This document shows positions 32,398 to 42,199 of a DNA stretch of 64,000 bases, piece by piece. This DNA comes from an uncultured Leptospiraceae bacterium. GTDB taxonomy: Bacteria; Spirochaetota; UBA4802; UB4802. Where the stretch lies: contig CAYFSO010000002.1 of NCBI GenBank assembly GCA_964345775.1, positions 15,679-79,678 on the forward strand. Direction: 5' to 3'. How positions within the stretch are numbered: the first letter of the stretch is position 1; the number at the start of each line of letters is the position of its first letter. Position numbers and translations under genes: made by a program. The notes under the pieces are model-generated. The model ran no database searches. It was not told where the DNA came from and was given only the letters and a program-made list of their open reading frames with translations.

Positions 32398-34047
32398 TTG
32401 ATGAAAATTGCAATAGCACAGATAAATCCTACTGTTGGGGATGTGCCGGGAAATACTGAGAAGATAATACGTAATATAGAAAAGGCAAGATCCGGCAATG
32501 CGGACCTGGTGATATTTCCCGAAATGGCCATCGTGGGATACCCTCCCATGGACCTCCTGGAACATCGAAAGCTGGTACATGATAACCTGGACGCCCTCGA
32601 AAAAATCGCACATGCCAGTTACGGCCTGTCGGTCATATGCGGGTTCGTTGATTTCGATACAGACAACCCTCCTCTGTTGTGTAATGCGGCGGCGTATATA
32701 CATGATGGGGCGCTTGTATCCAGGCATTACAAGACGTTATTGCCTACCTATGATGTATTTGACGAGCAGAGGTACTTTTCCGGTGCCAGGGGACAGGAAA
32801 CGGTAACCATTTCAGGTATACGCGTTGGTATAACCATTTGCGAAGATATATGGAACGATATGAGCGTGAGTGAAGATCGTTTCATGGAGGACCGGCGTTA
32901 CCCCGTTGACCCGGTAAAGAACCTCATCGAGAAGGGTGCCGAATGCATCGTGAACATTTCCGCGTCACCTTACGTGAAGGGGAAAAACACGATGAAGTGG
33001 GACAGGTTGTCACGGCTGGCGGCATCCAGTGAGATGCCTGTTATATATGTGAACCAGGCAGGAGGTAATGACAGCCTGGTGTTTGACGGGAACAGCTGCA
33101 TGGTGAACGAAAAAGGGAACTTCCAGGCCATGGCATCGGGGTTCGGGGAAGACTTGCTGATATTTGACAGCAGCCAGGCAAAGCAGATGGACTTCCCCGC
33201 AGAACAGGACATGGAAGACATTCGCCGGGCGCTTGTGCTTGGTCTCCGTGATTACGTACGCAAGTGTGGCTTCAGCCAGGTTGTAATTGGTCTTTCCGGA
33301 GGGATCGATTCAGCACTTACTGCTACAATAGCAGTCCAGGCGCTTGGAGCCGAAAAGGTGCTTGGTATTACCATGCCGTCGCAGTATTCCTCCAGGGGGA
33401 GCGTGGATGATTCATACGCCCTGGGCAAAAGCCTTGGAATACAGGTAGAAACGATTCCCATAAAAAAAGTATACGATGTTTTTATTGATGAACTGGAACC
33501 GGTAATGAAAGGCCAGCCCATGGATGTTACCGAGGAAAACCTGCAGGCACGAATACGGGGAAACATACTCATGGCCATCAGCAACAAGTTTGGCCGCCTT
33601 CTGCTTACCACGGGAAACAAGTCAGAGCTTGCAATGGGGTACTGTACCATATACGGTGATATGGCTGGGGGGCTTGCAGTTCTTTCCGATCTGCCCAAGA
33701 CCATGGTGTTTGCCCTTTCCAGGCATATTAACAGGAAAAAAGAGATCATACCGTGGGCCACTATAGAGAAGCCGCCCTCAGCGGAGTTACGTGAAAACCA
33801 GAAGGACGAGGACAGCCTGCCGCCATATGAATTGCTTGATCGTGTTCTGGAGCTCTATATTGAACGTAAATACTCGGCAGCGGAGATAATTGGTGAGGGA
33901 TTTCCCGAAGACAGGGTAAAGTGGATACTTGCAACCGTTGACAGGAGTGAATACAAGCGAAGACAGGCCCCGCCAGGGCTGAAAGTGACTTCAAAAGCTT
34001 TTGGTATTGGCAGAAGAATACCCATTGCGCAGAAACACAGGCACTAA
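32398..34047 (+). CDS. nadE: Glutamine-dependent NAD+ synthetase (CN-hydrolase domain plus NAD synthase domain)
   Basis: N-terminal nitrilase-like domain (IAIAQINP, FPEMA), C-terminal PP-loop SGGIDS, 549 aa. Confidence 0.9.
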   Translation: MMKIAIAQINPTVGDVPGNTEKIIRNIEKARSGNADLVIFPEMAIVGYPPMDLLEHRKLVHDNLDALEKIAHASYGLSVICGFVDFDTDNPPLLCNAAAYIHDGALVSRHYKTLLPTYDVFDEQRYFSGARGQETVTISGIRVGITICEDIWNDMSVSEDRFMEDRRYPVDPVKNLIEKGAECIVNISASPYVKGKNTMKWDRLSRLAASSEMPVIYVNQAGGNDSLVFDGNSCMVNEKGNFQAMASGFGEDLLIFDSSQAKQMDFPAEQDMEDIRRALVLGLRDYVRKCGFSQVVIGLSGGIDSALTATIAVQALGAEKVLGITMPSQYSSRGSVDDSYALGKSLGIQVETIPIKKVYDVFIDELEPVMKGQPMDVTEENLQARIRGNILMAISNKFGRLLLTTGNKSELAMGYCTIYGDMAGGLAVLSDLPKTMVFALSRHINRKKEIIPWATIEKPPSAELRENQKDEDSLPPYELLDRVLELYIERKYSAAEIIGEGFPEDRVKWILATVDRSEYKRRQAPPGLKVTSKAFGIGRRIPIAQKHRH

Positions 34048-34244
34048 TACTATACCAGTGATGTTTTTCATCCCGGGAATCCCGCTATCACGTAAAATAT
34101 GCTTGTAAAATTTTAGGGCATATACTACATACCCGAAGTGTGCATGGTGACGCCGCCTGGCAATTGTGTATGAAATGGGCAGCGCAGGGATGCATACAGA
34201 TTTGTTCTGTGAAATCAGAAAATTCTTATTCAGAGAGGGTACAC

Positions 34245-36110
34245 ATGAATATTGATAATACTGTAATGGATTCCGCGAATGTGCAGAAGATCAGGGATCT
34301 AAAGAATCCGCACGTGGAAGAAGTGGTTGAGAAGTTTGTTAACATGATGAAACCTGCCAGGGTGACAGTCATTACGGACAGCGCGGAAGACATTGGCTAT
34401 GTACGCGACCTGGCCATAAAGAATGGTGAAGAAGCCCCACTTGAAACAAAGGGACATACCGTACATTTCGACGGGTATTCCGACCAGGCACGTGACAAGG
34501 CGAATACAAGGGTGCTTGTCACGCCGGAAATGAAGATGAGCAAGGGTATAAATACACTTGACCGTGAAGATGGCATCAGCGAAATATACGATATAATGGA
34601 CGGGATAATGGAAGGCAAGGAAGTGCTGGTTCGCTTTTTCTGCCTTGGGCCGCTGAATTCCCGTTTCTCGATTGCCGCGTTGCAGCTCACCGATTCTTCA
34701 TACGTTGCCCACAGCGAGGATATCCTGTACAGGTCCGGTTATGAGCAGTTCAAGAACCTGAACGGCTCAGATGAGTTCTTTTATTTCGTGCATTCAGCAG
34801 GGAAGCTGGATGAAAGGGGTAACAGCAGGGATATCGAGAACAGAAGAATATACATTGACGTGCTGGGTAACAGGGTCTTCACCATGAACAACCAGTACGC
34901 GGGGAACAGCCTGGGCCTTAAAAAGCTTGCCCTCAGGCTGGCTATTTTCAAGGCCAACCATGAAGACTGGCTCACAGAGCATATGTTCATTATGGGGGTA
35001 CAGCCGGATGGGAAGAACAGGAAGACCTATTTTGCCGGTGCGTTCCCAAGTGCCTGCGGCAAGACATCCACGGCAATGATACCGGGGCAGACTATCGTAG
35101 GTGATGACATCGCTTACCTGCGTGAAGGTGATGATGGCCAGGCATACGCAGTTAATATTGAACAGGGTATTTTCGGTATTATTGAGGACGTGAATCCTGA
35201 TGATGATCCACTGATCTACGAAACACTGACAAGCCCGCGAGAACTGATCTTTTCAAATATCCTTGTGAATGATGGAAAACCTTACTGGCTCGGCATGGGT
35301 CAGGAATTGCCTGAAGAGGGGATCAACCACTATGGTGAGTGGAAAAAGGGCATGAAAGACGATAATGGAAAAGAAGTGGGTCCTGCACATAAAAACGCAC
35401 GGTACACCGTAAGGATCGAGGAGCTGGAGAATGTTGATGAGAAACTGCATGATCCACACGGGGTGCCGGTAAACGTGGTAATTTACGGCGGTCGTGATTC
35501 GGATACTTCGGTGCCGGTTTACCAGAGCCTCGACTGGGCACACGGTGTATTCATTGGAACAACACTTGAGTCTGAAAGCACGGCAGCCACACTGGGGGCA
35601 GTTGGTGTGAGGAATCACAGCCCCATGGCCAACATGGACTTCCTGGTGGTTCCCCTTGGCAGGTATATTGAGAATCACCTTAATTTCGGGAACAGCCTCA
35701 AGGAAACCCCGCTGGTGTTTGCTACCAACTATTTTTTGAAAGATCCTGATAACAAGTTCTATTATGACAAGATTGACAAGAAGGTATGGATATACTGGAT
35801 GGAAGGGCGGGTACATGGTGAATACGATGCCATCGAAACACCAATCGGCCATATTCCCATGTATGAAGACATCAAGGAATTATTCAAAAAGGTATTCGGG
35901 AAAGACCTGACACTGGAAAAATACGAAGAGTCTTTTTCAATACGCGTAAACATGTACCTTGAAAAGATCGATCGGATGGAAAAAGCGTATGCGGCAGAAG
36001 AGATGGTGCCGCTGGCTTTTAACGAGTCAATGGCAATGTTGAAAAAACGTTTGATCAACGCCCGGGAGAAACATGGCATGGACGTGATCCCTCCGTCGAT
36101 GTTTCAATAA
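34245..36110 (+). CDS. pckG: Phosphoenolpyruvate carboxykinase (GTP)
   Basis: Kinase-1a/P-loop FPSACGKTS and the other GTP-PEPCK motifs at about 620 aa. Start at the internal Met with a GAGAGGG RBS. Confidence 0.9.
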   Translation: MNIDNTVMDSANVQKIRDLKNPHVEEVVEKFVNMMKPARVTVITDSAEDIGYVRDLAIKNGEEAPLETKGHTVHFDGYSDQARDKANTRVLVTPEMKMSKGINTLDREDGISEIYDIMDGIMEGKEVLVRFFCLGPLNSRFSIAALQLTDSSYVAHSEDILYRSGYEQFKNLNGSDEFFYFVHSAGKLDERGNSRDIENRRIYIDVLGNRVFTMNNQYAGNSLGLKKLALRLAIFKANHEDWLTEHMFIMGVQPDGKNRKTYFAGAFPSACGKTSTAMIPGQTIVGDDIAYLREGDDGQAYAVNIEQGIFGIIEDVNPDDDPLIYETLTSPRELIFSNILVNDGKPYWLGMGQELPEEGINHYGEWKKGMKDDNGKEVGPAHKNARYTVRIEELENVDEKLHDPHGVPVNVVIYGGRDSDTSVPVYQSLDWAHGVFIGTTLESESTAATLGAVGVRNHSPMANMDFLVVPLGRYIENHLNFGNSLKETPLVFATNYFLKDPDNKFYYDKIDKKVWIYWMEGRVHGEYDAIETPIGHIPMYEDIKELFKKVFGKDLTLEKYEESFSIRVNMYLEKIDRMEKAYAAEEMVPLAFNESMAMLKKRLINAREKHGMDVIPPSMFQ

Positions 36111-36115
36111 GCCAG

Positions 36116-36146
36116 AAAAAGGCGGGATAATTTCCCGCCTTTTTTA
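36116..36146. terminator. Bidirectional Rho-independent terminator between pckG and the convergent HAD gene
   Basis: GGCGGGA-taattt-CCCGCC hairpin flanked by an A-run and T6. Confidence 0.7.
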
Positions 36147-36150
36147 ATAG

Positions 36151-36804
36151 TTACCAGTCAAGAATTTGCCAACCGCGTTTCCTGGCGATCTTTCGTAATA
36201 ACCTGTCAGGAGTGACACACATGGGGTGCTGTACCCTTTCAAGGACCGGTAGATCGGATATTGAATCAGCATAGTACCAGGCTGACCCAAGATCATATCC
36301 GTTTTTGTTGCAGTAATCTACAGCACTGCGCAGCTTCTCTTCCCCGTGATTATAACCGCCTATGATATGGCCGGTAAATTCACCATTCCTTATTTCAAGT
36401 TCGGTGCATAATGTGTGGTCCATGTTCAGCCTGTGCTGTACCGGTTCACAGATGAAACGGGTAGCGGCAGACAGGATAACGGTTTGGGCTCCTTTATTAT
36501 TATGTTCCCGGATGGATTCAGCTGCATTATCTCTTATGGTTGGTTCAACCATGCTGGCAAACCAGTGGTCGGTCATGTTCTGCATCTCCTCTTCTGACCA
36601 GCCACTGAACCGGGCAACCCATTTGCGAATAATCGCATCGGAATGGATTATACCGAGCCTGTGAATAAAGCTGATATAAAATCCTGCAAGAAGATCCATG
36701 CCGGATATGATACCCGTTTTATAGAGGTACTGGACAAAAAGTTTTCCGCTGCTTGTTGACAGTATTGTCCTGTCAAGGTCGTAAAAGGCTATATATCTGG
36801 ACAT
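36151..36804 (-). CDS. HAD-superfamily (subfamily IB-like) hydrolase
   Basis: N-terminal DxD motif (FYDLDRTIL), HAD motifs II-IV. Confidence 0.65.
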   Translation of the reverse strand: MSRYIAFYDLDRTILSTSSGKLFVQYLYKTGIISGMDLLAGFYISFIHRLGIIHSDAIIRKWVARFSGWSEEEMQNMTDHWFASMVEPTIRDNAAESIREHNNKGAQTVILSAATRFICEPVQHRLNMDHTLCTELEIRNGEFTGHIIGGYNHGEEKLRSAVDYCNKNGYDLGSAWYYADSISDLPVLERVQHPMCVTPDRLLRKIARKRGWQILDW

Positions 36805-36932
36805 GGGTTCCTGCTCCGGTTGTTGATAAGTGCTGCTATGATAAATGAAAAACTTAATGGCTGTAAAGATTTTTTCTTTGACGGATAAACCCCCGAAAAA
36901 GTAATTGAAAATATTGCGGCCTGCGTATATAC

Positions 36933-37919
36933 ATGAAAAAAATCAGACGGGTTTACGAGGTTATGAACGGCTTACAACGTAAAGATATTCTTGATATACA
37001 ATCCCTTTCCACGGATGAAATAAATCTTATATGCAATTCCGCCCGTTATTTCAAGGACTTGTTCACACGTTCCATAAAGACTGTTCCGGTTCTCAGGGGC
37101 AAAACAGTGTGCCTCCTTTTTTATGAACCATCAACCAGGACCAGGATCAGTTTTGAGCTGGCAGCAAAGAGGCTTTCCGCAGATCTGATCAATATATCAG
37201 TTGCAACCTCCAGTGTTGTTAAAGGAGAGTCTCTCATTGATACGGTGCACACCCTTGAGGCCTACAAGGCGGATTTCATTGTTATGAGACATGCGGCGTC
37301 CCTGGCGCCGCATTTTTTATCCAGAAATATCAACGCGTCGATCATTAACGCTGGTGACGGTTTTCATGCTCATCCAACACAGGCATTGCTGGATGCGTAT
37401 TCCATCCTTGAAAAGCGGGATTCTCTTGATGGGCTTCATATCGGAATAGTGGGAGATATTCTGCATTCAAGGGTGGCCAGGTCTGATATAGAGATCTTCA
37501 AAAGACTTGGTGCGAAGGTGACACTGGTGGGCCCCCCCACGCTGATTCCCGACCAGTTCAAGATATACGGGGTGGACATCTCGTACAACCTGGATGACGT
37601 CCTGCCGGATCTTGACGTGATCAACGTACTTAGAATACAGCGTGAACGGCAGCAGGGTTTCTTTTTCCCTTCAATCAGGGAATACCACAGGCAGTTCGCC
37701 CTTACCGGTGAACGGTTGAAACGCTGTAAGAGTGATATAATAGTTATGCACCCCGGGCCAGTGAACAGGGGTGTTGAGATTGACGATGATGTAGCTGATT
37801 CTGAGAACGGAATAATTAACGAGCAGGTAACCAACGGGGTAGCGGTTCGCATGTCACTGTTTTACCTGCTGGCAGGCGGGACCCCGCTCGAGGGGTCGGA
37901 TACCGAACAGGAACAGTGA
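36933..37919 (+). CDS. pyrB: Aspartate carbamoyltransferase catalytic subunit
   Basis: STRTR and HPTQ carbamoyl-phosphate/aspartate binding motifs (EPSTRTRISFE, HAHPTQALLD). Confidence 0.9.
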   Translation: MKKIRRVYEVMNGLQRKDILDIQSLSTDEINLICNSARYFKDLFTRSIKTVPVLRGKTVCLLFYEPSTRTRISFELAAKRLSADLINISVATSSVVKGESLIDTVHTLEAYKADFIVMRHAASLAPHFLSRNINASIINAGDGFHAHPTQALLDAYSILEKRDSLDGLHIGIVGDILHSRVARSDIEIFKRLGAKVTLVGPPTLIPDQFKIYGVDISYNLDDVLPDLDVINVLRIQRERQQGFFFPSIREYHRQFALTGERLKRCKSDIIVMHPGPVNRGVEIDDDVADSENGIINEQVTNGVAVRMSLFYLLAGGTPLEGSDTEQEQ

Positions 37920-37932
37920 ACGAGTTAAGAAT

Positions 37933-39213
37933 ATGGCAATATTGATACAAAACGGAAGAGTTTTAGACCCTGCATCACAAAGGGACGAGCAGGCCGATGT
38001 GCTGATTGATGGTGACCGGGTTGTGAAGATCGCCCCCGGTATTCCTGTTGATGAGAATATGGAAACAATAGACGCGGCGGGCTGCCTGGTGCTTCCCGGG
38101 CTTGTGGACATACATGTTCATTTCAGGGAACCCGGAAGGGAAGAGGCTGAAACCATAATCGGTGGATCAACAGTGGCTGCAAAGAGCGGTTACACGTCGG
38201 TATGTACCATGCCCAACACCTCGCCGGTGATAGACAACCAGGCACTGGTGCGGTTCATCAAGATGGAAGCCGAAATGGGGCCCGTAAACGTCTTTCCCGT
38301 TGCAGCCATAACCAGGGGTTCTCTTGGAGAAGAACTGACCGAGATGGGAGAACTGGTAAACGGTGGTGCGGTTGCCTTCAGCGATGATGGCAGGCCTGTT
38401 GAGAATTCCCTGACCATGAGACGTGCCCTTGAATACGCCCGAATGTTGAACGTGCCTGTTATACAGCACGCTGAAGACCTCTCCCTTTCAAAAGACGGAA
38501 TAATGAATGAAGGTGAAAATTCCATCCTGCTTGGCCTGAAAGGGATCCCCCGCGAGGCGGAAGAGGTGATGATCGCAAGGGACGTCATCCTTACCAGGTT
38601 GGCTGTAAGCAGGCTGCACGTGGCACACGTGTCTTCCAGGGGTTCAGTTGACATAATTACTAACGCAAAAGAACAGGGAGTACGGGTAACCTGTGAAACG
38701 GCTCCCCATTATTTTTCGCTCACCGATGAGGCAGTTGGAGATCAGTTATCAATGGCCAAGATGAATCCTCCGCTCCGGTCCGAGGAAGACAGGAAGGCCA
38801 TTATCGAGGCGCTGAGAAAAGGGAAGATTGACGTGATCGCCACTGATCACGCTCCACATATTCGCAACGAAAAGATGCAGGAGATCGGGTATGCCCCATT
38901 TGGTATCATAGGCCTTGAGACGGCGGTCCCGTTGATCATCACCGTGCTGGTTCGCGAGAATGGGTTTTCGTACATGCAGGCCTTTGACAAGGTTACCATC
39001 AATCCGTCTACCATACTGAATCTTGACAGGGGTGAATTAAAAGAAGGCGGAATTGCAGACGTCGCCGTCATCAATCCTGATAAGAAGATAAAGGTGGATG
39101 AAGATTTTATTTTTTCACGATGCAAGAACACGCCATTTACAGGCAGGGAATTGTACGGATCGGTTGAGTATACCATATGCTCCGGCAGGGTGGTGTATCC
39201 TTTCAGCGAATGA
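37933..39213 (+). CDS. pyrC: Dihydroorotase
   Basis: DIHVHFREPG metal-binding HxH motif, downstream His/Asp ligands, about 426 aa. Immediately follows pyrB. Confidence 0.88.
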   Translation: MAILIQNGRVLDPASQRDEQADVLIDGDRVVKIAPGIPVDENMETIDAAGCLVLPGLVDIHVHFREPGREEAETIIGGSTVAAKSGYTSVCTMPNTSPVIDNQALVRFIKMEAEMGPVNVFPVAAITRGSLGEELTEMGELVNGGAVAFSDDGRPVENSLTMRRALEYARMLNVPVIQHAEDLSLSKDGIMNEGENSILLGLKGIPREAEEVMIARDVILTRLAVSRLHVAHVSSRGSVDIITNAKEQGVRVTCETAPHYFSLTDEAVGDQLSMAKMNPPLRSEEDRKAIIEALRKGKIDVIATDHAPHIRNEKMQEIGYAPFGIIGLETAVPLIITVLVRENGFSYMQAFDKVTINPSTILNLDRGELKEGGIADVAVINPDKKIKVDEDFIFSRCKNTPFTGRELYGSVEYTICSGRVVYPFSE

Positions 39214-39217
39214 ACAT

Positions 39218-39853
39218 TTATTCAAATAGCTGAAACAGCGCTTCGGCAATAACCCTGTGCCCTTTCTTCGTCGGGTGCACCCCGTCAAACTGGACCAGTT
39301 CTTTCTGGGATAGACCCTCCCGTACCTTTTCTTCCCAGTAACGATGCACGGCTGCAACCGGTGTATCAAGTTCGGAACCGATGTCTTCCATCTCCCTGTA
39401 GAATGAATCAGCGATATCCCGTTCGGGTAATCCATCAAGCCAGTTTGATGTTATAAGCACGATCTCGGCACCGGTTTCCTTTCTTGCCTGTCGTACAATA
39501 GAACGTATGAAATTACCATAGGTGGAGGTGGTGTACCCGGTTACAGCGTCATTAAGGGCGAACTGCACAAGCACGCAATGGGGCTCATGCTGAATAACGT
39601 CCCTTTTGAGCCGGTGGAGCCCTCCCTCGGCTGTATCTCCCGGGATACCGGCGTTCACTATGTGGATATCCGCGTCAGGATACTGTTCGGAGAGCATCTG
39701 GTAAAAATAATCAATATATCCACTGGAAACCATCCATCCCTGGGTGAAAGAGTCTCCAAGGGCTGCGATGGTGACTGCCTGTCCCTGTCGAAGTCTTTCT
39801 ATGGTGTTGTATGGTTTTCTCTGATGATCGTTCACTGGTATACCTGCCTTCAC
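39218..39853 (-). CDS. SGNH/GDSL-family hydrolase
   Basis: Block I GDSFTQG and block V DGVHP motifs. Confidence 0.75.
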   Translation of the reverse strand: MKAGIPVNDHQRKPYNTIERLRQGQAVTIAALGDSFTQGWMVSSGYIDYFYQMLSEQYPDADIHIVNAGIPGDTAEGGLHRLKRDVIQHEPHCVLVQFALNDAVTGYTTSTYGNFIRSIVRQARKETGAEIVLITSNWLDGLPERDIADSFYREMEDIGSELDTPVAAVHRYWEEKVREGLSQKELVQFDGVHPTKKGHRVIAEALFQLFE

Positions 39854-39976
39854 TGAAAATTACTGGATACTACAGGATGGCAAATGTCAAATACTCTTTC
39901 CGGGAAAGTAATTGACAAACGCGGCATGAGGGCATTAGTATTTGCATTTCGCAAATAAAAGACCAGGACAATACTT

Positions 39977-40627
39977 ATGGAACCAGTCTATCCCCCTCCA
40001 TGGCAGCTTTTTGGTGACGGGTATATTCTCCTCTATAATTTTTCACATAAATTCATCTGCGAGGAATGTTTTTGCCCCGAAACCCTCTCCGATAACCTTT
40101 TCAAGGGGCTGGGATGCGTGATGATGGTTAATTATGTACGGTCAACAGCGGGTCCGTACAGGGAATTGCTGTTCATCCCTGGAAAATTCAATTATGACAA
40201 CGAGAAGCTGTACAGTATTACGAAAATTTTCGTATCCACCATGGCCAGTGTGGAAAACGGGAGACGCAACTGGGGTATTCCCAAGGAGCTTGCAGAATTC
40301 GCATCCGTTCAGCTTGACAGGCACCGGGAACGTATTGTTGTCCACCGGGAAGGTGAACTTGTGCTTGAGACGGTGCTGAAAACCAGGGGTTTTCCTTTCC
40401 CGGTACGAACACGGTATTATCCATTCCCCCTTGTACAGGAATATGAGAATAAAGCTTTTTTTACCGAGTTCAGCGGAGAGGGCAAAGGGCGCCTTGCGGT
40501 TGTTGAGGACATGCATGTCAACCCGAAACATTTCCCCGATATCGCGTCGGTAAAACCACTTGCAGTTGTGCACGTGGAAAACTTTTCCATCAGTTTCCCG
40601 GTGCCGCAAATAAAAATTGAGGAGTAA
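39977..40627 (+). CDS. Acetoacetate-decarboxylase-like (ADC-family) protein
   Basis: About 216 aa with an ADC-like beta-cone pattern (PYRELLFIP, WGIPK). Assignment by resemblance only. Confidence 0.4.
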   Translation: MEPVYPPPWQLFGDGYILLYNFSHKFICEECFCPETLSDNLFKGLGCVMMVNYVRSTAGPYRELLFIPGKFNYDNEKLYSITKIFVSTMASVENGRRNWGIPKELAEFASVQLDRHRERIVVHREGELVLETVLKTRGFPFPVRTRYYPFPLVQEYENKAFFTEFSGEGKGRLAVVEDMHVNPKHFPDIASVKPLAVVHVENFSISFPVPQIKIEE

Positions 40628-41402
40628 AGCCATGAAGCTTTATAAAAAAAGGATCTTGATTACAGGTGCCTCAACTGGAATTGGCAGGGCCCTTATTGAA
40701 GAACTGCAAAAATATGACGCGAAGATTGTGGTTGGAGATCTTAACCCGGAGTTGATCGAAAAAGTTCCCGGACGGGTTATGCCCATGAAATGCGATGTCT
40801 CCCAACCTGAAAACATTGACCTGCTTTTTTCCTTCGCCATGAATGAAATGGAAGGTATAGATATTTGTATTGCCAATGCGGGATTCGCATATTACGAGCT
40901 CATCGAAAATGAAGACTGGAAGCATATTGAAGACATTTACAGGGTAAACGTGTTCGCACCATTTTACTGTATAGAAAAAATGCAGACATTGAATGCAGGA
41001 CGTGAATACTGCGTTGCGGTCACCGCTTCGGCCATGGCAAAGCTTGCACTGCCGGGATACGCCCTGTATTCGTCTACCAAGGCTGCAATTGATTCTTTTG
41101 CCCATGCCTACAGGTTCGAACGGGATCCAAATGCGCTTGTTTCCATCGTTTACCCCATAGCCACTAAGACAGAGTTCTTCAAAACCGCAGGGGAAAATAC
41201 GCCAGTGCCTTTTCCGTCACAGACAGCGGAGCACGTGGCGAGAAGTATTATACGCGGGATCAGGAAGAACAAAAAATCCATATATCCTTCAAAGCTGTTT
41301 TATACCCTTATGATATTGAACAGGCTGTTCCCTTTCATCCTGTATTTATATGCAAAGGTGGAGCAGAAAAAAATGAACAGGTACCTGAAGAAGCAGGATT
41401 AG
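40617..41402 (+). CDS. Short-chain dehydrogenase/reductase (SDR)
   Basis: TGASTGIGRA cofactor motif and catalytic YxxxK (YSSTKAA). Overlaps the preceding gene by 11 nt. Confidence 0.8.
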   Translation: MRSKAMKLYKKRILITGASTGIGRALIEELQKYDAKIVVGDLNPELIEKVPGRVMPMKCDVSQPENIDLLFSFAMNEMEGIDICIANAGFAYYELIENEDWKHIEDIYRVNVFAPFYCIEKMQTLNAGREYCVAVTASAMAKLALPGYALYSSTKAAIDSFAHAYRFERDPNALVSIVYPIATKTEFFKTAGENTPVPFPSQTAEHVARSIIRGIRKNKKSIYPSKLFYTLMILNRLFPFILYLYAKVEQKKMNRYLKKQD

Positions 41403-41419
41403 GGAATAACCGAAATATC

Positions 41420-42109
41420 ATGACTACCAGCGCTGACATCTCTTTCGTGAAGGCATTCCTGTTTGACCTTGATGGAACATTACTGAACACTCTTCAGGAC
41501 CTGGCAGATTCCATGAACGAAGTACTTTCTGAAAAAGGGCTGCCTGTCCACCCGGTGCATGAATACCGATACTTTGTGGGAGATGGGATGAGAGAACTTG
41601 CGCGAAGGGTATATCCCGGCGACCCACACGAAAAACTGGTTGATGATCTTGTGGAAGAGATGCGTGTAGAATACGGGAAAAGATGCTATGACACCACCGG
41701 CCCCTATGCGGGGGTAAATGAAATGCTGGAGTTTCTTTCTGAAGCTGGTGTGCCCATGGCGGTCTTTTCCAATAAACCGCATGAATTTACCATGGAGATG
41801 GTGGCATATTATTTCAAGGAAATACCATTCAGGGCGGTCATTGGCGTAAATGAATCCGTGCCCCGCAAACCGGACCCCGCAGGTGCACTTATGATATCAA
41901 AAAAGATTGGAATTGAGCCGGGAAAGTTCATCTACCTTGGTGATACCGCAACAGATATGCGCACCGCCATATCTGCCGGTATGTACCCGGCAGGAGCGGC
42001 ATGGGGATTCAGGGATGCGCAGGAACTGCGACAAAATGGTGCGGTGATCATTATGGAAACACCCCGTGAACTTACCAGTGTTATTAAAAATACCTTCAAT
42101 ACAAAATAG
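41420..42109 (+). CDS. HAD-family phosphatase (phosphoglycolate-phosphatase-like)
   Basis: FDLDGTL motif I, S/T motif II, K and DD motifs III/IV (GDTATDM). Confidence 0.75.
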   Translation: MTTSADISFVKAFLFDLDGTLLNTLQDLADSMNEVLSEKGLPVHPVHEYRYFVGDGMRELARRVYPGDPHEKLVDDLVEEMRVEYGKRCYDTTGPYAGVNEMLEFLSEAGVPMAVFSNKPHEFTMEMVAYYFKEIPFRAVIGVNESVPRKPDPAGALMISKKIGIEPGKFIYLGDTATDMRTAISAGMYPAGAAWGFRDAQELRQNGAVIIMETPRELTSVIKNTFNTK

Positions 42110-42199
42110 GCATCTTAACAAAAATGTATTGCAATTTTAAGCTTTACCTGCAAAAGATATGTATTAGAGATCAATTTTTTGTATAGGAACATGTAAGGA

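Noticed and set aside
35253-35852. 199-aa ORF antisense to PEPCK
   Set aside because: Inside the pckG CDS on the opposite strand. No support.
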